This document shows, in pieces, positions 48,994 through 61,345 of a stretch of DNA of 64,000 bases. Every line of letters begins with the position of its first letter. Position 1 is the stretch's first letter. A model generated the notes under the pieces. The model was not told the DNA's origin. It was given only the letters and a program-made list of their open reading frames with translations, and did no database searches. Position numbers and translations under genes: made by a program. The stretch comes from Phallusia mammillata (taxonomy: Eukaryota): positions 21,948,001 to 22,012,000 of the forward strand of contig OZ281498.1 in the NCBI GenBank assembly GCA_965637545.1. The letters run 5' to 3'.

Positions 48994-50987
48994 TTGCCAG
49001 CCGTCTCTATACATCTTGTACATTATTCTGAGTGGTTTCAAGCCGCACGATTTTCTTATCAAACGAAACAAACACAATGTAATTACACACCAAAGGATTT
49101 CCGTCATAACCATTTCTTTTATGTTCATTCATTTCAAGTTATTCATCTAAAGCTAGGAACGTAGTAAGGAATTAATTAATCCTTGTTATGTTCTTTATGT
49201 GGGTTATGCACTTTTTTAAACAATCCTTCTGCTTTTTTGTTACAATAATGTTTCATATGCGTTTGTTCTGGCGCTATATTCTGCTTGCACTATATGATAT
49301 TTTTCCATTGTATTTTTGTGCATAAGTGTTTTGCCACATGTTTAGAATATATTTAGAAAATAAATCTATTGTATTTTAAACAATAAAAAAACATTGCAAG
49401 TACAGCATATTTCATTCATTTCTGAATATGCCCTATAATGTACAACTGCGGCATTATGAGAGCCGTGTTTCTAACATTATTAGTACGAACTAACTATTTC
49501 CGCTTCAGCTTGGCAACATCTAAGTTTATTAAAAAAAAATCAAATAAAAAACAGAATAAACATGAAAAAATAAGTTGTCCGTCGTGTAGCGATCATGAAC
49601 GAAATTGTTTCCCGGATTCATATGAGTCTTGGGTTAGGAACACTGTGCAACCATTTATAGCGATTACCATGTTTATGTATATATATACAGCATATATGCT
49701 CATGTCATCAGCTACACCTGTATATGTCATATCCCTGACCGTGGCATGAGCATTTGCCGAAACGTTTGAACAGTAGAGCATGTCGCTTTTTTACGTATAA
49801 ACTTTGTGCTCAAAAACGCAATGAAATTGTAAGCTAACTGCCCTTGACCCAATAATCAGTTGCTTGTTCAGCGCGAAGTCTGTAGAATTAGGGTAATTAG
49901 AATTGTTCTAGTGCAGGGGATAAGCCGACCTTGATTGCCGTAATTAACTTCAAGTTACTTTCACCGGTACAGGTTCGTTATTCTCCGCTGTATAATTACT
50001 CGCTGTTACCGCCCTACTTACGTGCATAATTACTGACGACAGGTCACGGCCAGTTCTGTGGTATCTCTAAAGTAAATTGTAGCTAGTGGTTGCAAATCAT
50101 GCCCATGTCTTTGTATAGTGCCTTACCCCAAACCCTTATAACCTTGTAATAAATGTATTAAGTTTAGAAAACACAGTATTTTTTTAATTATAATCAATTT
50201 TTGGTGTTTTTTGCTCAGGAAGGAAAAAGCGATTTTATGCTAGTACAGGTTTGTGGCCATGCATTACCATTACGTGATTACACACACAAAGTGTTTGCGG
50301 TCTGTTATACGATTTTTTTTAACCTTATTAAAAAGCACAAATCCTTGCTTTGGAATGACCCACTCTGTTTGCTAAGTCATGTGTTACATTTGGGCTGCTA
50401 GTCGAATAGTAATTTGTGTAGATTTATTGCCAAGCACTCGATTCTGCAAATACGATGCGCGCTTTGTTGCCATCTAACGAATAAAATCACAAATCAGGTA
50501 TTTTCTCCAGTTGTATTTAAACACACGCTTTTTAACACAGGCAAAAACGTGTTTCACATGTTCCAGAAAACCCATATTCGTGCAGTTCTGTCCATCGCCT
50601 GAGAACTCTTCTGCACCAGATGCATCTTTCAAGCATCGACGTCATCTCACGTGACCTTCCTCGTCACGGTTCACTGATCATCCTGCGTCATAAAAGAAAA
50701 CACCTTGAGTTATTGCCTGCGTCCCAATTACTTGCACAAACAGTGGCAATAAACCAAGTCTTATTGTTTTAGAAGTAAATCTTTTCCTTGTGACGTTACC
50801 AAGTTTAACAACATAAACGTTTTGGCTGTTACAAACTTTAGTTGTCTTTTGAGTTTGGTCAAATTCGTGACCTTAAAACTTGACTAGAATACGTTGTCTA
50901 ACATATTGTTACGGAAAAAAAGGCATGGTTACGGAAATATTACCTTCAATCAGATGTGATTCACTTCTCGGTTCTTGAAATTGTTGA

Positions 50988-51914
50988 TCAAGAAAGTTCC
51001 TGAAAACAAATCAAGTTTACAAATCGTGCACATAACAAAGTAAAGGAAGACGTTTTTTGCAACACTTAAAACGTTTACAAAATTGCTTTCTAAAATTCCC
51101 TTTTACCCCATACACATTAAAACTTACCCCATACACATTAAAATTCTGGTTCAGGCACTAATAAAATGACAAAATGTAGAAATCGGAGAATAAAAAAAAT
51201 TCTACAAAGCAGAAAAATGCACGAAGTTTACCTTTGGCAAAATTTGAATTCTTTCTGGCCCACAGAGATTGCGCAACATTTCAAGGTCGCTGTTAGTTTT
51301 TCCCGATGCCAACAACTTATCTTCGAGCATTGAATGGAGGTCACGAATGTAATCGACCGCTCCCAGTACGATGTCTACACTTGACGTGGGTTTGCTCTGA
51401 CACGAAGGTATGATGTCGCGGAGTTTGCCGTACAAGAACCTGGAACATTGATATTACTGATTAGTTGTGCAATGGTTACTTGTGCCACAAAGTTACAACT
51501 AACATTATTTCCACTTATTAAGGTCGTATCTTAGTTCGAAAACGGTGGATACAGACATAAAAACTATAGCTTGATGATAAAACTGCCTAATACTTTGTAA
51601 ATAGTCAATATATTTTGTTCAATAAACAATAGCTGTTGCTGCCAATCGCTGAAAACGTACAGACTCCAAATTGTTTTAAAACAAACGTTTAAACCTACAG
51701 CCAATATATTGCAGAACTTTAATATTATTTTTTTGTGCAAAGTTGACACAAATAGCTCTTACCTTAATTCTTCTCTTTCGTTGGATTTGGAAATCTTTTC
51801 ATCTGAACTATTTTCCATCGGTGATCTTGCCAAAACCCTACCCGCTTTTTGCTGGTGATAAAAAGGTTCATACCTCATTGCACGAGATGAAATGGACTTT
51901 GGTGCCTTGACCAT
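50988..51914 (-). CDS. Id: Inhibitor of DNA binding (Id/emc) HLH protein, paralogue 1, ~123 aa
   Basis: Exons 51914-51763, 51439-51232, 50999-50988. HLH without basic region: EELRFLYGKLRDIIPSCQSKPTSSVDIVLGAVDYIRDLHSML. Confidence 0.85.
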
Positions 51915-53567
51915 TGTGAAGATTCAGCGGTTGCAATGCAGTGAAATAAAATAGTAACTCGAAAACGCTTTGTGATGCTGCTGATGTGAATCCCCATCGT
52001 TTATGTACTGTGTTTTCCTTTTTTCTTTCTCTCTCGTTTTTTCACATCCGTCTCTCTCGTATTGCTTTTCCCAAGAGTAGAATTGCCTTTTTTGTTTTTT
52101 CTCTCGTCCAGCGGGGGTCCAGCCAATTTCAAAGCTTCATTTCCGCTTTACCTCGGCGTCGTGGAACCAAACAAACAACTACCTACGTCCTGTTGGCGTC
52201 CAGTTGGCCCATAGAGTATTGATTTCAGTCAGTTTAACGCGACATTAATTGGCTAAATAAAAACGCGGTAACATCTATAGAACATTTGCTTTTAGCGGAT
52301 TGCAGTTTGAATTACGGTCCGACCGAGTAATCTGGACTGTAAATCTCAAACCTCAAAGGCCTTTAACTTTCCCATGAGACCAAACCAGGAAACTTATAAG
52401 CTTTGGTAAAATGCAACTGTATTTTTTTATTTGTAATATTGAGTAAACTTGATCGTACCGAAAAAATATCGAATCTAATATAATTTTTAAGTTTTGATTT
52501 GTATGGAAGTTTTTTATGAAGGTTAGATTGAAATATTAAGAAATTTCCAAAGTTAAATAGTTGTTTGAACTTTTTTCAAATATAACAAAATGTTTTTTTT
52601 TGCACCAAATGTCAAATCAATTTGCGATGCTTTTACACCAAATCTAATCAATTTCACACACAAACAAGATTTACCTGGATAGAGGAAATACTTCCAGCAG
52701 GTAGCCTAATATCATGCACTCTTAGTAAACTTCGTTCATTTTCGGTGATCCTCGGCAATACCATTCCCACGGAACTTATTGTTCACATGCTGTTACACCG
52801 AACCGCGGGTTACTTGTCATACAAACGAGAAAAGTCAACAAAACAAGGCTCCAGTTTCCGGCAAAAAAGTTTATTTCCAATACCACAGCATTAGTGTACG
52901 GTTGTAGTTTTTTCGATTAACTTGAGCCAGCAAAAAGTTGATTGACGTTGTGACATATTGAAAGCCTATCCGTCTTTGCGGTTAGCATGAAACAAAGTCC
53001 TAATATGCGATGTTAGGCATCCTTTTAATTATCCTGTTTTTTCGCCAATACTAATTTTTGTGAAGTATCGTTGCAACGCAAAAAAGGGCGCTGGAAAGTC
53101 ATTAAAACGATTTTTGAAGAAACCTACTGCACGTAACCGTTACTAACTTTTCGGTTTACTAGTTTTTTTACACTTAAGATATGGCACATAATGTTACTGG
53201 GCCGTTTTGTGTCACATTTAAACCCGCAGTAGATTTCAAAGCTAAAATTGCCACTCATTGTTAGATACAATAATTTGTCAAGAAAATTTACTAACTTGTA
53301 TTTCAACCGCAAGCACAGGTAAAATATAAATTGCTTCAAACAGGTTTGATGTTCCGCAAAAGAACACAAATCGATTTGTTTTGCGTCGCAATTCAAATTA
53401 GGAGCTTTTGTGTTGTGAGAAAAATCCACGTCCCTTTGGGTGTCACGGCGCCGAAACGAATAGCCATTGATGGACAACGCATTATTCGGTAACAATTATC
53501 AATCGCGCTAGCCGCCGGTCAGTTCTACAGCGATTGATAAGAGGGCGGGGATCGCAAAACGGGGAAA

Positions 53568-53586
53568 GTCTAGACAGGTCGGCGCC
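53568..53586. promoter_or_regulatory. BMP/Smad response element upstream of Id paralogue 1
   Basis: GTCTAGAC palindrome overlapping an exact GGCGCC-N5-GTCT (minus strand); further GGCGCC at ~53447 and ~53650. Confidence 0.55.
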
Positions 53587-56500
53587 AAAAAACTAGATTC
53601 AAAATTATGGATTTAGAAAATTGGTTGCATGAGACTTGGTAATCCGACTGGCGCCAAATGCAATTCACATTGCCACTTCACATGTTGCAAAATGTAAACA
53701 CGCCCCGTGTGAGCAACCATTTAACAGCGATGCAGTCGGATTAAAAGGTGCGCTTAATAGCGTTTAAATGCGATGCAATGCATTAGGACGATCGGACTCG
53801 TAAACAACCTTAAGTGGACGTCTACTCTCGCTGGTCACGTGGCTGTTACGTAAAATGCAATAAGTGGTAATTGTTCCAAACTTTTTTACGGACCTGTATG
53901 AATGGATTAAAACTTTGTTAGGATTCACCCAATGCTTTGAATGTAAATCGTGTTCAACAACATTTTTGCAACCTTTAGCGTAGTGTAGTTTAATATTCAC
54001 CATATATAAGCATGTGGAGTAATTTGTATGCCTCGTATATGAAGGAAACGACATAGAATTTTTGCGATCGGTAGTTGAGGCGGGGTGATCCGTCTTCATA
54101 GAAGAGGAAGAATGCAACCTTTAACAGTACGGAAATGTTTACCACTTAACTGCAAAACAGAAATTGTTTGAATATCGCCTTGATCCAAAACGATGTGCCC
54201 CAATCTAATACACTAAAACGGCACAAATCTTTGTGATGTTTTCATTTCTTACTCGGGCAAAGAGAAACCCACAAAGACATCAATCATATACCCGTCGCTT
54301 GAGTGTCTTTGTTTTGACGCGTGCGCAGACAGTTACGACATAATTCACTGATTCCGAGCCATATCCTTGACCTGGCATTGGCTGGACGCATGGGTTCCTG
54401 CCCCACTGGCCTGGACAAAAACCACGCTGGTGCCCCGGATCGTTCATGCGTCAAATCGGTTTATGACAGTTGGGAAATATTAAAAGTCAATTGTAATGGA
54501 ACTGATAATGATATCAAACTGCTTCGGTTTTGACTATCTAGGTTAAAAACTTGGCGCGTTCAAGGGTTGAGACGCGACGTTGGTAAAATGCGTGACGAAT
54601 AATTTGATTTGTGACCTCGTAGTTTATGGATAAGTGGTTTTTATTGGGACGATACTATAGCTGACTTTTATTACACCGAAAAATACAAGGCCCTTAAATG
54701 TGTAAAAGAAAGCTACAGCCTTATGTTTTATTCTCTAGTGGATTTTTTGAAATGAACCAACAAATTTCGAATTGGCTGACTTACTCGTTAGTTTGTTTTC
54801 CAAAATTACAATTTATAGTCTTCAGTAATTAAAGTAAAACGACACAATGTTATTTCTTATGCCCAAGATGAAAAAAATTTAGAAGTGAAGTGGGTTGGAA
54901 GTTATAAGTTACCTTCCGAAATCTTACGTTTAGTAATCTTTTGTTTGCTTTAGATTTTTTTTATATTCACACTGGAACCTAAGTCGAGTTGGTAAACCGT
55001 ATAACCCAAGAGTCATGCCACTGTAAATAACAACTATCCTAACTGCCTTTGTAAACAACCGTTTGCTGTTTTTGGACAATTCAAGTCGTCATTTAATTGC
55101 CCTTGCAAGAGAAAACTTCACGCTGGTACTTCTAATTAAATTAAGAAAGTCATGCCTTCGCTCAGCGGGATAGGCTTTGTGCGTTGAAAGTTTAATATAC
55201 GTTGCAGCTGCGTGCTTATCCCGTCCAGTAAAAATGAAGCGTATATCCGATACAGTCTCTTTCACAGCGGGACTCTAAACTTTTCCATGACACGGGTACA
55301 GCCGTTATGATACGACGAGGCCTTAATCTAAAAGCCGGATATGGAGAATGAGAGAACCCACTGCTGTTGTTTTGTCGTTGTCTTGTATTAAGATCACGAC
55401 CGATCATGGAAATACAATTATTAACTGCGCGATAATGCCTATTTAAACCGATTTAATGCGACTCAAAGCACGCACAATTTAAAAAAATCTAGAATTTATT
55501 TCTTCGCTTCCGTTTCACTTTGGTGCAGTAGACAAAAAATAATCTTTATTTTATAAAGTATATTTCTAAACACTTTTTCCAAAACCCAGCATCCCTTTTC
55601 CTTAAAAAAATTAAATATTTTTTTATTTCTATGAGTGGCCGTTGTTATAACAACCAAATATGTTTAATCCGGACCTGTGAAAGACTACGTTATTGTTTTG
55701 ACTGGTTTATAACTTTGGCCCAAAACCGGTTGAATATGTTGAAACTAAACCAAACTTAGCAGGTAGAGATATTATCAATTTCACATTTGTGTTTTTATTT
55801 ACATATTTTATTATCACATAGCTAATATAGTGCAACTAGTGCGTTATTATCCAATCGTTTTCAAATCAAAATTTTAAGTTTGGTAAATTTTAACAACATG
55901 ATTGTAGAGCTGCCATTTAGCTGTGTACAGTCACTAGGCAGGTCCTTTTAATAGTGCACACATCTGCTTAAACAGCTAACACCATACAAAACTATATGTA
56001 AAATTGAAAAAAAGTGTGAATAAAGATTAAATTTATTTTGCTGTATAAATGATATTGATCTGCAGTCAGACTTTCAGGATTACCAGCTTTCTCTGTGTTT
56101 TAATTGCCAATTAGAATTCTTTACAGTGATACATTCGATAAACCCACACCCGCCCAAAAATTAAAACATAAACACCTCTTGAAAGATTTAAACTGATTTT
56201 ATCTTTTGTTGTCAGAAGAATGGTATTATTTTAGCCAATTGCATGTAGACTTGGATTAGGGGACACACTTTTGAATGTCACATGCCAATATACTTATTTT
56301 ACCAAAATGACTATGGTTTCACATGGCAACTTTTGAGCGAAAAATCGAAGTTTTTAGCAGCTGATTTAAATAATACCGAAAAGTAGACAGCTTTGTAATT
56401 AAAGGCTAATGTTCTAAGACTCATACATCATAACATAATTAAAACAAGCAAATTATATTAGAGGTACTTGCTTACAAACTTGCAAATCAATATTGGCATG

Positions 56501-56713
56501 CCAGGTGTTGCCAAACCTGATGTGATGTATATTCTGGGTTATATCTATTTGAGTAAAGCGATACCTACCTTGTTATGCCTGTACTCTGTTCAGAATAAAG
56601 CTGCAGTTTTTTGTTTTGTTTTTACTTTTTAAGTTGGTATCATGTTTTATTACATTGACTGCAAATCTGATTTACAGCATTAGATTAGGTTGCTAGGTAA
56701 TAAGTGTTTAAAT

Positions 56714-57841
56714 ATGGATGAAACTGAACCACAAGAACCACAAACTGCTGAGATAGATGAAGCCCAACCAAACAAAGAAGAAGATCAGGCAAAAGCAGGA
56801 GAAAGTGCATTAAAATTTCTGGAAAAAATTGACCAGGAAAATTTGAACCTGTGTATTTTCAAAGATGAGTTAGTCACAGTTTCAGATGATGGCAAAACTT
56901 TGGGTGAGTTTCACACAAGTGTTGAAAAGGTTACTCGCTCAGGAGATGTCTTGTTTCTTGTGCATGCAAACAGCCATGGAAAAGTGGAAGACACTCCTAT
57001 GGGGACTACGATTACAGCCTACTTGAACCCAAATGACCTTTCATTAGTAAAACAGGAGCACACTGAGTATGTTAAAGTTCCTGGACATGAATTAGAAAAG
57101 AAAACAGAAATGTTTGTTGATCCCGACACTGGCACTCTCACAGTTAAAAGACAGGTAATACAGGGGGATGAAATTAAACGTTCAGTGCACAACTTTTCAG
57201 CTGATCAGTTGGGTGGATTTATTACTGAAGGCACAAACCTACTCCTCCAGCGCCTCATGATTAGACAAGAGGTGCGTGATGAAATGACCTTTATCACTTT
57301 AGATTCTGAATCAGGAAAATTGGTTGAAACTGAGTACAAACCAATACCTGAGCGAAAACAGCAAGTTAGTAAGCAAGAGCTGCAAGTGTATGGAATTGAA
57401 AGGAGCATTGCCTCGCATAGGGACTTGCCTTACACTTGGCAAACATTCTTCATGGAAGACGGACACATGACTATGAGAGTTCAAGTGGGTTCACCGGCGA
57501 TCGCCACGCTTGAGAAGGTACCGCGCCTGATAGAACGTGACGAAGTCGAGGTAAAACCGGTGTTTGGCAAAAAACCTATGAATTGGGAGGAAGACATGGA
57601 AATGAATTCGCGCTTTTTGCAACGTAAGGAGGAATTAAAAGCTGGTCATGAGACCTATCTTAGAGAGCACCCTGAAGCTTCGGCCTTGCTTGCCGACTTT
57701 TTTCAGTTTTTACTGCTACGCCGACCTGATGATGTAGTATGTTTTGCGGCCGACTTTTTTTCAACCTTTTCATCGTCTTTCCCTGATGCATCGTCGTACA
57801 AACATTCTACCACGGAACTGGCCAGTACGGACAAAGCATAA
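56714..57841 (+). CDS. CATIP: Ciliogenesis-associated TTC17-interacting protein (C2orf62) homologue, single coding exon, 375 aa
   Basis: Long ORF with FKDELVTVSDDGKTLGEF, FLVHANSHG, ITEGTNLLLQR, MTMRVQVGSP and a C-terminal RIIa-like dimerisation segment (YLREHPEASALLADFFQFLLLRRPDDVVCFAADFF). Confidence 0.85.
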   Translation: MDETEPQEPQTAEIDEAQPNKEEDQAKAGESALKFLEKIDQENLNLCIFKDELVTVSDDGKTLGEFHTSVEKVTRSGDVLFLVHANSHGKVEDTPMGTTITAYLNPNDLSLVKQEHTEYVKVPGHELEKKTEMFVDPDTGTLTVKRQVIQGDEIKRSVHNFSADQLGGFITEGTNLLLQRLMIRQEVRDEMTFITLDSESGKLVETEYKPIPERKQQVSKQELQVYGIERSIASHRDLPYTWQTFFMEDGHMTMRVQVGSPAIATLEKVPRLIERDEVEVKPVFGKKPMNWEEDMEMNSRFLQRKEELKAGHETYLREHPEASALLADFFQFLLLRRPDDVVCFAADFFSTFSSSFPDASSYKHSTTELASTDKA

Positions 57842-59421
57842 CAATTCCCCAATTTTTGTACACCGATTTTAGGTTTTAAGTTTCTGAAAATGTACTTTTT
57901 AGCCGCATTATTGTCTTTAAACTGTAATCTTTAAATCATTAAAAGTGTTTGAATTTGGTTAGACATAAACTCTGACAAACTTCCCAAAATTCTGATTTTT
58001 GCATGATTTAGGCTAAGATTAAAAAAGCAAATTTGAATGATATTTTTACTTCTCAATACCATGTGTGGGTATTTGCCTATGCAGGCGTTGACCCCGCTAT
58101 CTTCTAAAGCAAACAAATTTGTAAGCAGTAAACTCCATATAACCTAGACACGCATTTTGCTGCTTCCTTTCAACATTAGCATACGCTTTTACCAATTTCC
58201 TATGTAACTCCCAGCGACCCGGTCAAATCCTATGCGAGGTGTGTGTGGGAATGGCGCGCTATCAAAGGGTCACGGCAGTGTTAATAGTAAACAAACACAT
58301 GTCGGCTGGGGGTCAGGGGCTGTTTTTGCTGCACCCGCCGACTTTTCACGGTTAATTGTCGGCGGCGAGCTTCTGATGCTCCCGATCCGTGAAAATCGCT
58401 GTGATTACTTCAACACCTGACGGCCCGTGTCGCACTATCTTGGCGAGGTCAGTGTGGGTTTACTGCAACATTTTGTTGCAAAGATAAAAACGATCTAGTA
58501 AAATTGTGTTTATGGCCACTGTTTAAAGTTGAACAAGACTCTACTGTACCATTTTCGGAAAGTTTTAAATCGTAAAAAAGTTAAAACGATGTCCAAACTT
58601 CGACCGGCGCACTTTTTACGCGATATGCGCAGAACAATGTGACCATTACTATATATTTTATGCTCTGTGCCAGACTACAATAAACATCGTATGATGAAAA
58701 TCCGGTATGCAAAGCAGGACTAACTATTTTGTGCCCCAAAATCGACTAAGGAGCACATAACCAGCATAATAATAGTTTTCGACTTTTTAGTCTTCATTGT
58801 CATAGTTTTAATTGTCTTAGACCAATTTGCATCTGTCTTTTCATACAAACGTATTTAAATATGTAATAGTATAGATTTCAGTTTTGGTCAACAAAATCAC
58901 GGCTGTTGATTAACTGTTAAATTTTTGACCACTTCCTAGTTTCTTCTTAAGGACAACTTATGGCAAGGCTTGTTTTTAAAAGTGTTTTCAATTGCCTACA
59001 TGCGTATGTCCGCAAAATTCAGAACAAGCATTTGCAAGTCGAACAAAAGGTGTAAAAAACATATGGGTCTTAAATTGATGCGTCGACGCGTACATAACGA
59101 GTGCCTAGGCGCCATTTAGGAAATCCGTTCGGTCATTTTACAGCGTCGGAAAGGGAAACGGTCGGTTAATGAGGTAACGGTCGGCGCAACAAAAGGTGAC
59201 GACCGCGGGAAGACAAAAGGTGAACTGCTAATGAACGGCAATCCTTTAGAACTACCCGGTCCGAACTGTAAACCGACAGATTGCAAGCGACGGCGGAAAC
59301 AAATGCAACTGTTGCTTGTCGTTGAGTATAAAACACGCTGTGCTTTGCAGAACAGCATCATTCGTTCATTAACCATCAGATCAACATCAGCTACTAAGTT
59401 CGTTAAGCACTGACTCCAAAA

Positions 59422-60229
59422 ATGGTAAAATCAGCAAAACTCATCAAGATGGCAATCTCACGTCAGGGAATTACCCGTATGGAAAGAAGCTCACCGGAAA
59501 AGTTTTCGGCAAAAAGATCGCCGCTTGCAAAGTCTCAGCAATCGATGAAAACAATGAGGAAAAGCAACGAAAACGAGGAAATTAAGTAAGTATATCCTAA
59601 GAGTTACGCTGTAAATCTAACGCAATCTGACCACTTAATTGGCTTTAAATCAGTTTTACTATGAAACCTAGGCTAGCTATAACGGTTTTCGTTTATCAAA
59701 AAAGCGTTGATATGCAATAAAACCAATGGACTTACTATCGTGCACTGTGCTACGCGCATTCCGTGTTATTTACCCTAATGAAGGCGACCTGAATAGGACG
59801 TCGAAAAGTTGGGATAAAAATACCCGAATTGCCAGAAGAGCTCTATAAAGTTGAAAACCAATGCACGTTGGACCTTTTGGCTTAAATAAAATCATTATTC
59901 GAATAGAATCATTTTTAATATCAACAAATTAACTGGTGTCGAAAGAGTGGTGATTTTCCGGGCTGATCATTAACAAGTCTTTTAACCCTTTTAGATTGCT
60001 TTTCTCGCGTCTACGGGAAATCGTACCAACCTGTACAGGTAGCACTTCATCCAACACTACTGTAGTTGTCGAGGCAGCCAAGTACATCTGCAAACTGCAA
60101 GACCTCTTGCAACTTCAAGCCCCGCACTTGTCACCGCAAGACTTGAGAGGACTCCTGGAAGACCACAGTACCAGGGAAACCCCCGAAAACGATGTTCCTG
60201 TGTCGCGTGATGTTGCGCAATTTCGCTAA
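59422..60229 (+). CDS. Id: Inhibitor of DNA binding (Id/emc) HLH protein, paralogue 2, ~132 aa
   Basis: Exons 59422-59585 and 59995-60229. NEEIKLLFSRLREIVPTC...VVVEAAKYICKLQDLL; same phase-2 intron in helix 1 as paralogue 1; MVK start. Confidence 0.8.
59768..59820 (+). repeat. Degenerate copy of the PLE/hammerhead repeat, in Id paralogue 2 intron
   Basis: CCCTAATGAAGGCGACCTGAATAGGACGTCGAAAAGTT; core mutated relative to 38453-38503; flanks homologous. Confidence 0.6.
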
Positions 60230-60555
60230 AACTCGACTTCGAACTTGTAGGCCCGCTAAACTTCGCGAATTGTTCCAATGTTATCGCGAAGCTGTGGGGC
60301 GCCACCAATCACAACAGACGCCTTAATCACGTGACTCTGCGTTTGTTTATCGCTTGTCATTGTTTTCTATTTATCTTTTTTCTACTTTTTTGTAATAAAC
60401 TCCCACAAGGAAAGTCTGTATTCTGTTACACTTTACAAGTTTACATAATCTATGACTAGGTCGAAACTATTCAAAAATGTTTTGTTTGGCCAAGCATTAA
60501 GCATTACATATAATACACTACTATACTGGATCATACTAGGGCTGTTGTGCTGTCA

Positions 60556-61046
60556 CATGGGCGCCGGCAGAAAATTTTGCAAGAGGGGGCAAATTTTGGC
60601 TGATACTTTACCGCAGGGGTCGGCAACCTTTTGTGCACGGCGGACCGTTTTTGAAACTAAAATTTTATCGCGGACCGGTCTTCAAAAAACTACAAATATT
60701 TAGCAATAAAAACGCTTAAATTATTCATCATCCCCGGGATACATGGGCCAAACGTTTTATAACATCTAACCTAAAAATTCATACGGCCTGGTAACGCAAC
60801 CCTCGCGGACCGGTACCGGGCCGCGGACCGGCGGTTGCCGACCACTGCTTTACCTTTGTTACATATGAAGCCATAAATCGTGTACTTCACAATTGAGTTG
60901 CCTAAAAGTTAAAGCATTGAACGACGTCACAAATCCCCGCGCTGCCAATTTAATTAGGTTTGCTGCTAAATATGTTAAATTGAGGTACACTGAAATTCCA
61001 AGGGGGGGCAAGTGCCCCCTCTTGCCCATACGTGGCGGCGCCCATG
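60556..61046. mobile_element. MITE with 8-bp TSD (hAT/P-like) hosting a nested hAT MITE
   Basis: TIR CATGGGCGCC / GGCGCCCATG; exact TSD TGCTGTCA. Related fragments at ~31565 and ~32050-32095. Confidence 0.85.
60614..60847. mobile_element. Nested hAT (Charlie-like) MITE
   Basis: TIR CAGGGGTCGGCAACC / GGTTGCCGACCACTG; TSD CTTTACCG/CTTTACCT. Confidence 0.9.
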
Positions 61047-61345
61047 TGCTGTCATGCACAGATAATAACAATAAGTCAATAGCCGTATTCACTATTCATC
61101 AGAACTAATATTTTCTTGTTTTACCTTAGTAAAGAGCGTGTTTATATGATGGTACTCGCCAGTTCTATGTGGTGTATAACTCAAATACTCAGCAGTGAGC
61201 AATATTAGATGTGCACACTGTGGCAACACACCAGTTTATAACCAGCATGCATTTTTTCTTCCTAACCTAGCTTTTTTTAATACGCACAAAAAATCAGATT
61301 CAACAAGCAAATTTGATTGTAATTTGCGGAAAAAAACTGCGAAAT

